Assembly (NCBI GenBank): GCA_964509775.1
Contig: CAZDYX010000001.1
Span: 10,597-61,833, forward strand
Direction: 5' to 3'
Length of the DNA stretch: 51,237 bases
DNA from: an uncultured Desulfobulbia bacterium
GTDB taxonomy: Bacteria > Desulfobacterota > Desulfobulbia > Desulfobulbales > CAZDYX01
The translations under genes were made by a program, and so were the position numbers. This document shows, in pieces, positions 43,876 to 51,237 of this stretch. The notes under the pieces were generated by a model. The model made no database searches and was not told the origin of the DNA. It saw only the letters and a program-made list of their open reading frames with translations. Every line of letters begins with the position of its first letter. Position 1 is the stretch's first letter.

Positions 43876-44549
43876 GAGTCCTTATCATCGACGATGAAGA
43901 GCAAATCAGGCGTCTTATCTCAATATCCCTTGGCAGCAAGGGGTGGGAGGTCTTTGAGGCAGAAAATGGATTTGAGGGCATCCAGGCCGTGGTTGGAACG
44001 CGTCCAGATGTGGTGCTTCTTGACATAAATCTCCCGGACATGGATGGTGAAAAAGTGCTTCGAACTATCAGAGCATGGAGCAACGTTCCTATTGTAGTTG
44101 TTTCAGTCAGGGATTCAAAGGACGACATTGTAGCTCTATTGAATGCCGGAGCCGACGATTATATCACCAAGCCTTTTTTTACAGATGAGTTGATGGCACG
44201 TTTGATCGCGGTATGCCGGCGCAGCCTCGCCGAATCCGGAAAAACTTACCGGCGGAAAGGTCTTATCATTAATCTTGAACAAAGAAGCGTTGAACGAAGC
44301 GGTGATGAAATTCATCTTACGAATACAGAATTCGCGGTTCTTGAAGCTCTCCTTAAGCATGCGGGGAAGATAGTCACTCGAGATTCTCTTCTAAAGGAAG
44401 TGTGGGGACCGGGGGGTGACACGGAAGAAGGCAGCTTGCGTGTGCATATCCGAGCCCTCAGGAAAAAACTTGAGATCGACGACGAGCATCCGGACCTCAT
44501 CGTTACCGAACCAGGGGTGGGGTACAGGATATCCCTTTCCGAAGGCTGA
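43872..44549 (+). CDS. kdpE: OmpR-family response regulator (KdpE-like)
   Basis: The receiver is MRVLIIDDEEQIRRL..VLLDINLPDMDG, with a winged-helix output domain (..LTNTEFAVLEAL..VWGP..LRVHIRALRKKLE..). It has an ATGA overlap with kdpD. Confidence 0.85.
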   Translation: MRVLIIDDEEQIRRLISISLGSKGWEVFEAENGFEGIQAVVGTRPDVVLLDINLPDMDGEKVLRTIRAWSNVPIVVVSVRDSKDDIVALLNAGADDYITKPFFTDELMARLIAVCRRSLAESGKTYRRKGLIINLEQRSVERSGDEIHLTNTEFAVLEALLKHAGKIVTRDSLLKEVWGPGGDTEEGSLRVHIRALRKKLEIDDEHPDLIVTEPGVGYRISLSEG

Positions 44550-44647
44550 AAAGTTCGATCGGGAGGTCTGGCAGAATTTGCCTAAGGATCCTGGATTCCT
44601 TTTTTCAGTTGGACGCCTGTTCTTCCGAAAGATTCTGCCTACAGCCA

Positions 44648-45187
44648 TTAGTTCATCGCAAGCGATACTCCGATTCCATCCTGCGAGAGGATGATGCTAA
44701 ATTTGGGCGATTCGTTTTGTTGGAGGCCTTTGCGCAGCGCCGTGATGTAGCGCCTGGCGTAGGCGAAAGGTCTGATGTATTCGAATATCCTGGTGATTCC
44801 AAGAAAAGCGTATCCCGCGTAAATCAATTCGTAGCCGTAATAGTCCTGCATGATGCAGGCGTAGCCAAGGATCGGCAGGGCGACGCCGAGGCCATCGCCA
44901 ATCAAAGCAATGAAACCGCCTAAGAGGTTCTTTTGGATGAAAGAGCCAACTCCAAAACCCACAGCAAGGTTGGCATAGAAGGGAAGCATGGGGGTTTTTC
45001 TAATTTTTTTAAAAATTGTTAGGCGCTCAATGTCGGTCAACGTTCCGAAAATTTCTTCGATTTTTTCCGAGTTGCGGAATAAATTCTCTTGGATGAGATC
45101 GGCCACCGTTCCCAATTCCGAACTGGCCCCGGCCGTCGCTTGAACAATGATCAAACACATAAATACGCTCCGGCGGATTTTCTTCAT
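44648..45187 (-). CDS. P13-porin-like small membrane protein (spirochaete-type), tentative
   Basis: After a signal peptide come ..LPFYANLAVGFGVGSFIQKNLLGGFIALIGDGLGVAL.. and ..ITRIFEYIRPFAYARRY... These resemble my recollection of Borrelia P13 (..LNLFLGFGIGSFAQGDILGG.. / ..RLTEIILPFTFANSY..). The start is placed at ATG 45187 behind a GGAGGG RBS. Confidence 0.5.
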   Translation of the reverse strand: MKKIRRSVFMCLIIVQATAGASSELGTVADLIQENLFRNSEKIEEIFGTLTDIERLTIFKKIRKTPMLPFYANLAVGFGVGSFIQKNLLGGFIALIGDGLGVALPILGYACIMQDYYGYELIYAGYAFLGITRIFEYIRPFAYARRYITALRKGLQQNESPKFSIILSQDGIGVSLAMN

Positions 45188-45404
45188 GCCCTCCATCCTT
45201 CCCCTGAGATTGTGCGGTATGGGGAGGTGTCGGCTGGTGTCGGGCTTGGGCTGGCAGGAAAGAATCAACGTAATTCTTTCGTTACATGATGCGAAGGCAT
45301 ATCGTACAAAACAATTATAGGCGTTTTCGGGACAAATTCAACGGTAGATAATTATTGAGGTAAATTTTTGAGGCCGCTGTAAGCCGGAACCCCCTTTGTC
45401 GGCC

Positions 45405-45467
45405 TTCCTGTCGATCCTAAAAATCCTGGTATCCCGTCCTATTCCCTCATGTAAATCGGTTGCCATT
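45405..45467 (+). repeat. Copy A of the dispersed intergenic repeat
   Basis: TTCCTGTCGATCCTAAAAATCCTGGTATCCCGTCCTATTCC..AAATCGG..CATT matches copy B at about 50 of 63 positions in my hand alignment. Confidence 0.7.
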
Positions 45468-45563
45468 GCCAAAATGTTCCAACCTTTCAGCTATCAACCT
45501 CGATCAGGCCATAGTACCATTAGCGCAGAATCCGGGCGGACATGGAGAAAGAGGGGGAACATA

Positions 45564-47093
45564 ATGTGTTTTCGCAGAAATCGAAAAACCGCAGACCTTG
45601 CAACGATGCTGGCCGTGATTGCCATGCTGGCGTTCGGATTTTCCGAAGCCTTCGCGCAAGGCCAGGGAGGCATGGTCCTCGTAAGCAGGGCGGAAGCCCT
45701 GAGAGTGGCTGGAGAACTGAGCGCCGCCGAGGAGTTGTACCGCCAAGGTCTTGCCGAATTGGATCCCTCCACCCAAGAAGGAGCCCGGTACTTGAGAATC
45801 TGCCGCGACGGCCTGGAGTCGATCCAATATGCGCGGATATCCTTTCCCTACGACGAAGACACTATGAACGCCGCTCTGGCCAAGGCCTATCCTGCCTGGG
45901 TCGCCGCAGGCGGAAACGCCCGAAAAGCCGCGAAAGGCCTTGAGAGCCTTCAGATCGACGGAAAAACCATGTACTCGGATACTGTCATCCCAAACCTGCA
46001 GTTCAGGACCATGGCCTTGATGCACGGAGACCAGGAGAAAAACAAGACCTACGCTGCCCTGGTGGATAAGATATTGGACATCGCCAAGGTATGGCCGAAG
46101 GAATCCTGGAGGATTTACGACAACCCAGTCACCTATATAGGAAAGCATGCGGTGGACATCCCCCGCTCAGAGCTTCCCGCCGCGGGAACCTTCAAGATGT
46201 GGTTTCCCCTGCCCATCACCCTCGGCTACCAGCAGCCTGTGGAAATACTGTCCGTCGAACCCGCACGCTACCTCGTCCTTCCCCCTTCGAGTTCCGGCGC
46301 GATAAGCACACTCTATATGGAAGTTCCCCTCGAGAAACTCGAAGGGCCCCTTCGCGCCGAGGTTCGCTTCAAATTCACCCACTACGAACAGCACTTCAAG
46401 ATAGACCCCGCCCTGGTAGGCCGATATAACACCTTAAGCCCCGAATACATCGCCTATACCGGCTCATCGGGCAACGTAGCCGTGACCCCGGAGATAAAAG
46501 CCACGGCGGAGCGAATTGTCGGGGGAGAAAAAAATCCCTACCTCGCGGCGCGGAAGATTTACGATTACATGATCGATACGATCGACTACAGCTTCATGCC
46601 CCACCTCCTCCTGTATCCCCGTTCCGACCTAAGGGAATCGGCCTATGTGCACGAATACAAGTTAGGCGACTGCGGAGCCCAAGGCGCATACTTCGCAGCC
46701 CTCTGCCGCGCCGTGGGAATTCCCGCCCGCGTACCTGGCGGCTGGCAGCTCTTCAACGGCAAATTCTCCCCCCATTTCTGGGCCGAATTCTTCGTGCCCA
46801 ACTACGGCTGGCTTCCTGTCGACCCAAGCGTAGGCCAAGCATCGCTTTACACCACCATGGTCGATCCCGAGGTTAGGCGCGCCTACACGGATTTCTTCTT
46901 CGGACGCCAGGATGCCTTCCGCTGCGTCGTGCAGAGCAACGTGGACGAAGAATTTATACCAAAATTCCCCGGCACGAGCTTTTTGCCTATGGCCATCCAG
47001 AACATAGACGCCAGCTGCGACGCCATCGATCCCTCCAAAGGAGACAGTCCCACCCTAATCGTGCTCAACTATTCGGAACTGACGGTTGAATAA
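45564..47093 (+). CDS. Transglutaminase-like (cysteine-protease-fold) domain protein, exported
   Basis: The core motif is YKLGDCGAQGAYFAALCRAVGIPARVPGGW with a catalytic Cys, followed by ..HFWAEFF..GWLPVDPS (His/Asp). The start is placed at ATG 45564 (MCFRRNRK.. plus signal peptide) behind a GAGGGGG RBS. Confidence 0.8.
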   Translation: MCFRRNRKTADLATMLAVIAMLAFGFSEAFAQGQGGMVLVSRAEALRVAGELSAAEELYRQGLAELDPSTQEGARYLRICRDGLESIQYARISFPYDEDTMNAALAKAYPAWVAAGGNARKAAKGLESLQIDGKTMYSDTVIPNLQFRTMALMHGDQEKNKTYAALVDKILDIAKVWPKESWRIYDNPVTYIGKHAVDIPRSELPAAGTFKMWFPLPITLGYQQPVEILSVEPARYLVLPPSSSGAISTLYMEVPLEKLEGPLRAEVRFKFTHYEQHFKIDPALVGRYNTLSPEYIAYTGSSGNVAVTPEIKATAERIVGGEKNPYLAARKIYDYMIDTIDYSFMPHLLLYPRSDLRESAYVHEYKLGDCGAQGAYFAALCRAVGIPARVPGGWQLFNGKFSPHFWAEFFVPNYGWLPVDPSVGQASLYTTMVDPEVRRAYTDFFFGRQDAFRCVVQSNVDEEFIPKFPGTSFLPMAIQNIDASCDAIDPSKGDSPTLIVLNYSELTVE

Positions 47094-47099
47094 AGTCAA

Positions 47100-47163
47100 T
47101 TCCTGTCGATCCTGAAAATCCTGTTAACTCGTCCCATTCCTTTATAAAAATCGGCAAGCATTT
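47100..47163 (+). repeat. Copy B of the dispersed intergenic repeat
   Basis: TTCCTGTCGATCCTGAAAATCCTGTTAACTCGTCCCATTCC..AAATCGG..CATT begins 7 nt after the transglutaminase gene's stop. Confidence 0.7.
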
Positions 47164-47419
47164 TGACTGGCGCGCGCAACGCAAATCGATTACGATTAGC
47201 CCATTGCCCAAGAATGCCAAATTAGGAGCTCGAACACCATGAAGAAAAATCGCATCCCTGGAATAGTCGCCGCTGAATCGGTGCTGATGGCCTACGGGGA
47301 CGCGGGTTCAATGGTCCGGATTCTTCAATGAGGAAAAATTCATTCCATGCCTACCTGCCGTTCACAAGCCCTTCATGCGGATCATGTACGCTGGCTTCTA
47401 GACCCACAGGGAGGCACGG

Positions 47420-47896
47420 ATGAAAGGAAGTATCGCTATACGGGCGGCTTGGACGCTCATGGCTTTCTTCGCATTGGCGGCGATTCTGCCCGCCGTCGGA
47501 CAAGAAAACGGCTCAAAGGCTCAGGGGTCCTGGGCAATATCGATCAAGAAAAGCGAGATCACGCCTACGGCCAAATTTTATTCCATAAAAATCAACGACA
47601 AACCCGTGGAAATATTCGCTGTCCGGGCTTTCGACGGCACCATACGGACAGCCCTCAACACCTGCCAGGTTTGCTACGCTTCAAGCCGCGGGTACTTCAA
47701 GCAGGAAGGGAACATCTTCATCTGCCAGAATTGCGGAAACAGATTCAGCTTGGATCAGATAGGCAAGGGGCGCGGAGGCTGCAATCCAATTCCCATCCTA
47801 GGCAAGGACAAGACCGATCTTGGCGACTCGATCGGAATCTCCGAAAAATACCTAAGATCTGTCGCGCCCTACTTTGAGAAGTGGAAGAAAATCTGA
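47420..47896 (+). CDS. DUF2318-like exported Cys-rich protein (iron-uptake-associated family), tentative
   Basis: It has a signal/TM segment and then CQVCYASSRGYF..FICQNCGNRFS..GRGGCNPIPI, the CxxC..CxxC..GGCNP pattern I associate with DUF2318. Confidence 0.55.
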   Translation: MKGSIAIRAAWTLMAFFALAAILPAVGQENGSKAQGSWAISIKKSEITPTAKFYSIKINDKPVEIFAVRAFDGTIRTALNTCQVCYASSRGYFKQEGNIFICQNCGNRFSLDQIGKGRGGCNPIPILGKDKTDLGDSIGISEKYLRSVAPYFEKWKKI

Positions 47897-49231
47897 GGCT
47901 AGGGAGACGGAAAAACAGGCTCCTCCCAGGGATGAATCGCCAAGCTCTAGGACTCCACCATGGGCTGCTGTGATCTCCTTGGCGATCGCCAAGCCCAGGC
48001 CGCGTCCGCCTTCGCGGGCTGACCGGGATTTTTCAATCCTGTAAAAACGCTCGAAAACCAAGGCTCGTTCCGGCTCCGGTATTCCGGAACCAGAGTCCTC
48101 CACCTGGAGCAAGGTCGAAGCCGGACGCCGCGGGTCGCGGCGGGCTGAGAGCAGCACAGCCCCTTCCGCGGGCGTATGGTTCAATGCGTTGGAAACCAGG
48201 TTGTAGATGACCTCGTTCAGGCGGGTCGGATCGGCGGCGACATGACAAGGCGGGTCTATGGGCGCCACGACCAAGGATATTTTCTTCTCCCGCGCCGCAG
48301 GGCCGAACATGGCCGCTGCCTTGCCCAGCACTTCGGCGGCATCAATTTTTTCCAGCTGAAGCCGCAGCTTCCCGGATTGGATTATCTCCAGCTCCCGGAG
48401 CATATCGATGAGGCGGGAGAGCCTCAAAGTCTCCTCGTGCACGGATTTGAGGGTAGCCATGTCTAAGGGATACACGCCATCCAACATCGCCTCGATAGTG
48501 CCTTGGATAAGGGCGACCGGAGTCCTCAGTTCGTGGGCCGAATCGGCTATCAACTGCCGTTTCCCTTCTTCAAGCCGCTTCAACTCCGCCGTCATCTGGT
48601 TGAACATGGATCCCAGCTCTGATATTTCGCCAAGCCCTCCCACCTCCACCGCCGTCCCAAGCTCTCCTTGGGAAACCTTCTTGGCCGCATTCGTCAAGGC
48701 GATGACCGGACGGGTCACTTGGGTGGAGAGAGCGATGCCCAAAAGAAGCGCCAAGGACAAGGATGCAGCGGCGGCCAATACCAGCGCCAGGCCGATGGTT
48801 CTCAGGAACCTTTCCTCGACGCCGGACAAGGAGGAGTCCACCATGGAATTGACCAGCACCGTGCCCACAGTGACTCCGTTGCTCATGATGGGTATTCCGT
48901 GGCTGACATGCCTGGAAGGATGGATTGTCTTCAACAGTTGTCCGGATGTATCTGCGACGATGATGCCATTCGCGTCCGCCACGACGACCCGGTCGCCGGC
49001 CAAGCCCTTGGCGGGATTCGACGCATTTGACTGAAGATCGGCCCAGGAGCCTTGGGAATCGAAGTATGAGCCCAGGACGTCTGCGTAGGTTCTCGCCTTT
49101 TCCGCATCGCCGGAAAATACATAGGTGCGGAATAGGTCTTCCGTCAGGAATCTCACTGAGACCAACATTACACCGCAGGCGACGGCGATGACTAGGAAAA
49201 AATCCAGGGCGAGCCTGAGCTTTAGTTTCAT
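47852..49231 (-). CDS. Sensor histidine kinase (TM - periplasmic - TM - HAMP - HisKA - HATPase_c)
   Basis: The H-box is ADSAHELRTPVALI, with N/G boxes (..NLVSNALNHTP.., ..VEDSGSGIP.., ..GLGLAIAKEI..). The start is placed at ATG 49231 (MKLKLRLAL..), 1 nt after the regulator's stop. The 3' end overlaps the DUF2318-like gene convergently by 45 nt. Confidence 0.85.
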   Translation of the reverse strand: MKLKLRLALDFFLVIAVACGVMLVSVRFLTEDLFRTYVFSGDAEKARTYADVLGSYFDSQGSWADLQSNASNPAKGLAGDRVVVADANGIIVADTSGQLLKTIHPSRHVSHGIPIMSNGVTVGTVLVNSMVDSSLSGVEERFLRTIGLALVLAAAASLSLALLLGIALSTQVTRPVIALTNAAKKVSQGELGTAVEVGGLGEISELGSMFNQMTAELKRLEEGKRQLIADSAHELRTPVALIQGTIEAMLDGVYPLDMATLKSVHEETLRLSRLIDMLRELEIIQSGKLRLQLEKIDAAEVLGKAAAMFGPAAREKKISLVVAPIDPPCHVAADPTRLNEVIYNLVSNALNHTPAEGAVLLSARRDPRRPASTLLQVEDSGSGIPEPERALVFERFYRIEKSRSAREGGRGLGLAIAKEITAAHGGVLELGDSSLGGACFSVSLASDFLPLLKVGRDRS

Positions 49232-49232
49232 C

Positions 49233-49925
49233 TCAAGGCTCCAGGAACCTATAGCCCACGCCCCTGACCGTGCCGATGAATCGCGGATCCTCGCTATCGT
49301 CGCCGATATTCTTCCTGATGTTCTTGATATGGGCGTCGATGGTTCTCTCGTAGCCATCGAAAGTAGTGCCCGAACAGGCTTCCAGGATTTCGAGCCTGCT
49401 GTACACCCTTCCAGGCTCCCTCATGAGGTACCAAAGTATGTCGAATTGGATTGTGGTAAGATTTTTTTCCATCCCATCGACTCTAACCGATCTTTTTTTA
49501 TGATCCAGCTCTATTAGACCCCGGCGCAACGCTCCCCGGCTTCCCTCCTCTTCTTCCTTAGGCCATCCTCGGCGGAGGATAGCCCGTATCCTTGCCACGA
49601 GCTCCCGTGGGCTAAAGGGTTTTGTCACGTAATCATCAGCTCCCAGCTCAAGGCCTACAATCTTGTCCGCTTCCTCCGCCCGTGCGCTCAGGAAAAGGAT
49701 AGGAACGGAAGAATCCTTCCTCACCGCCCTGGCGAGGTCCAGGCCGTTCATCCCTGGCATGTTTATGTCCAGGACCAGGCAATCGGGACTGTTCTCCTTA
49801 AACAGGGCCAAGGCCTTCAATCCGTCGTAGGCCAGGATTGGAAGGAACCCGTGGGTCTCGAGATATGCGCCAACCATGAGGGTTATTTTTTCCTCATCGT
49901 CGGCGACCAGGATTTTTACCGCCAC
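49233..49925 (-). CDS. OmpR-family response regulator
   Basis: The receiver is KILVADDEEKITLMV..LVLDINMPGMNGLD, with a winged-helix output domain (..LTTIQFDILWYL..IGTVRGVGYRF). Confidence 0.9.
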   Translation of the reverse strand: MAVKILVADDEEKITLMVGAYLETHGFLPILAYDGLKALALFKENSPDCLVLDINMPGMNGLDLARAVRKDSSVPILFLSARAEEADKIVGLELGADDYVTKPFSPRELVARIRAILRRGWPKEEEEGSRGALRRGLIELDHKKRSVRVDGMEKNLTTIQFDILWYLMREPGRVYSRLEILEACSGTTFDGYERTIDAHIKNIRKNIGDDSEDPRFIGTVRGVGYRFLEP

Positions 49926-49977
49926 TTGTTTCCCTCCGCGAGCATGCTCGCGGAAAATATACTGCTTCGGGCGGGGG

Positions 49978-50670
49978 TCAATCTATATTGAAGGGCTTGA
50001 GCAGCTTGTCCACAAAGACTGTCTTCCCCGACTCGTCCATAGTTTCCACCTTGGCAAAGAGCCAGCCGCCCACCGCGCCGGGATCGACCCCCGCGGCGGC
50101 AAACGGCGCAGGATCCAGGACCCACACGATATCCTTGTCGTTCTTCTTCATATCTTTGGACCATTCAAACATGTTTCCGCCGCCGACGGAAATGCCGTAA
50201 TGGTCAAGGGCGGCATGGTAGCCTATCCTCGCCCTATTGGTTCGAACCGTTTCGTCGAAGGCCGTGGCGAAAGAAGCACCCGCGTCAGCGGAAAACGCAT
50301 TGTCGCCGAGCTCGAATTTTATGGTCAGGCGCTCTCCTTCAAGCGTAGCTTCCGTGCCCGCTGGAAACTCAAGCTTGGCCATGTCGAGGCCTGCAGCGAG
50401 GAAGGGCTTCGCGTCGAAGGACATTATTAAATCGGGCTTGGACGTCCCGGCAAAGTCCGCGGCGAAAAGAACCTGGTCCCCCTGGGGAGAAGCGAGGCTC
50501 CAGTACAAACCGCCCTCGGCCTTCGCCGCTCTTTCGCCTGAAGCATCCAATACAGCCCTGAATGAAGACTTGGAAAACTTCGCCACCACGTCCGTTTCCG
50601 CGCAGGATGCCAAACCCAGGATCAGCACCATGGAAGCCCCAAGAATCCCGGCCAATTTATAGAATTTCAT
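49978..50670 (-). CDS. Hypothetical lipoprotein
   Basis: MKFYKLAGILGASMVLILGLASCAE carries a lipobox (L-A-S-C). The start is at ATG 50670 behind a GGGAGGAAG RBS. I recognised no family. Confidence 0.6.
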   Translation of the reverse strand: MKFYKLAGILGASMVLILGLASCAETDVVAKFSKSSFRAVLDASGERAAKAEGGLYWSLASPQGDQVLFAADFAGTSKPDLIMSFDAKPFLAAGLDMAKLEFPAGTEATLEGERLTIKFELGDNAFSADAGASFATAFDETVRTNRARIGYHAALDHYGISVGGGNMFEWSKDMKKNDKDIVWVLDPAPFAAAGVDPGAVGGWLFAKVETMDESGKTVFVDKLLKPFNID

Positions 50671-50728
50671 CTCTTCCTCCCTATTCCAGTCAAGAATACC
50701 TCGGCCGCATGAACCCTGCATGAACGGA

Positions 50729-51237
50729 TTATGGATTTCCCGGGATGGCTTCGACCACCAGGATCCTACTGGATATCATGCCCATCCAGCAAGTGTAGAC
50801 TAAAACGCCTTTCTTCTTGGGCGTGAATTCAATGACGTTGTCCCCGGGCTTCAAGCGTTTCTTGATGCCATAGGCTGGAACGGTGATCGGATTGTTGCAT
50901 CCGTTGAGCCCATCGGCTTCCACGCTGATGGTCCACCGTAGGGGTATGCCCGCCTGGACGACAAAGGGAAAGTAGTAGCCGGAATCCCCAAAATCGGTGG
51001 TGATTGTCTGGAATTCACCCCCCACCGCCGCCACGGTAAGACCCTCAGCCAGTCCCGCGGGCAAGGAGACTTGGTCGTAACCGTCAATCTTGCCGGGCAA
51101 TGGAGCTCCGGCCAGCGCCCCTCCCCTTCCCATGGTAATAACCCCAAAGCCGAGCACCATAAGGGCACTGGCCTTGACCATCGCGGGCAGCAACTTCTTG
51201 GGAAGGAGGCGGGAGATGAATCCGAAGCCGAGCAGGA
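50729..51237 (-). CDS. 3' part of a membrane protein with a C-terminal cupredoxin-like domain; the 5' end lies outside the window
   Basis: The reading frame stays open to the window edge (..LLGFGFISRLLPKKLLPAMVKAS..). The C-terminus ..NVIEFTPKKKGVLVYTCWMGMISSRILVV resembles cupredoxin_1-type ends fused to DsbD_2/TauE-like membrane domains. Confidence 0.55.
   Translation of the reverse strand, partial: LLGFGFISRLLPKKLLPAMVKASALMVLGFGVITMGRGGALAGAPLPGKIDGYDQVSLPAGLAEGLTVAAVGGEFQTITTDFGDSGYYFPFVVQAGIPLRWTISVEADGLNGCNNPITVPAYGIKKRLKPGDNVIEFTPKKKGVLVYTCWMGMISSRILVVEAIPGNP

Noticed and set aside
44576-44602. A sixth copy of the dispersed repeat, or a terminator, after kdpE (..GCCTAAGGATCCTGGATTCCTTTTTT..).
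   Set aside because: Similarity to the repeat family covers only ~20 nt. The alternative hairpin has just 5 bp before the T-run. It is too weak to call as either feature.
45396-45563. The upstream extension of the transglutaminase ORF (track start 45396).
   Set aside because: The extension runs through repeat copy A and has no signal peptide. ATG 45564 has a strong RBS and yields a normal signal sequence.
47347-47877. A 176-aa ORF overlapping the DUF2318-like gene in another frame.
   Set aside because: Its product is R/G/Q-rich and featureless, whereas the 47420 frame has a signal peptide and the Cys motif.
1-51237. CRISPR arrays, rRNA genes, retron-like or other structured ncRNA genes.
   Set aside because: I saw no regularly spaced direct repeats with unique spacers, no rRNA-like conserved blocks, and no reverse transcriptase or Cas genes on either strand.

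Overview
This is a 51.2-kb bacterial chromosomal window of mid GC content. A P13-porin-like gene at 44.6-45.2 kb hints at a spirochaete, but I cannot verify the taxon. I found no rRNA, no intact tRNA and no CRISPR array.

(1) nt 1-13,600: a mosaic, partly decayed defence island, entirely on the + strand.
- A 5'-truncated large protein is followed by a CBS-pair/Swt1-type HEPN gene.
- Next is a frameshifted N-terminal remnant of a DUF1156 methyltransferase.
- A stand-alone SIR2-like gene is translationally coupled (ATGA overlap) to an intact 970-aa DUF1156 methyltransferase.
- Short remnants of a dual-OB gene and a DUF488 gene follow.
- An AbiEi/AbiEii abortive-infection pair comes next.
- A 1174-aa Swt1-HEPN + DUF499 (BrxC-like) P-loop ATPase closes the gene set.
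- Downstream lie an IS256-type transposase remnant, two coupled AT-rich small ORFs and a tRNA-3'-end-like fragment.
- The SIR2 / DUF1156 / HEPN-DUF499 combination is my best candidate for an undescribed system. The upstream large-protein + CBS-HEPN module is the second candidate.

(2) nt 13,700-17,300: a gene graveyard. It holds two decayed sensor kinases, an AT-rich orphan gene with zinc ribbons and a DinD-like remnant.

(3) nt 17,370-51,237: ordinary accessory and housekeeping genes.
- A UvrA paralogue and an epimerase.
- A LacI-controlled ABC transporter / GH31 / dehydrogenase / isomerase operon.
- A GntR-controlled SDR gene and a TRAP / split-transketolase / dehydrogenase operon.
- A trkA-trkA-trkH cluster followed by a KdpD-like/KdpE pair.
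- A transglutaminase-domain protein and a DUF2318-like protein.
- A second two-component system, a lipoprotein and a truncated cupredoxin-like membrane protein.

A dispersed intergenic repeat family of about 35-63 nt, built from AGGAT-containing 9-mers, occurs at least five times. All functional calls come from reading motifs by eye. No database search was run.
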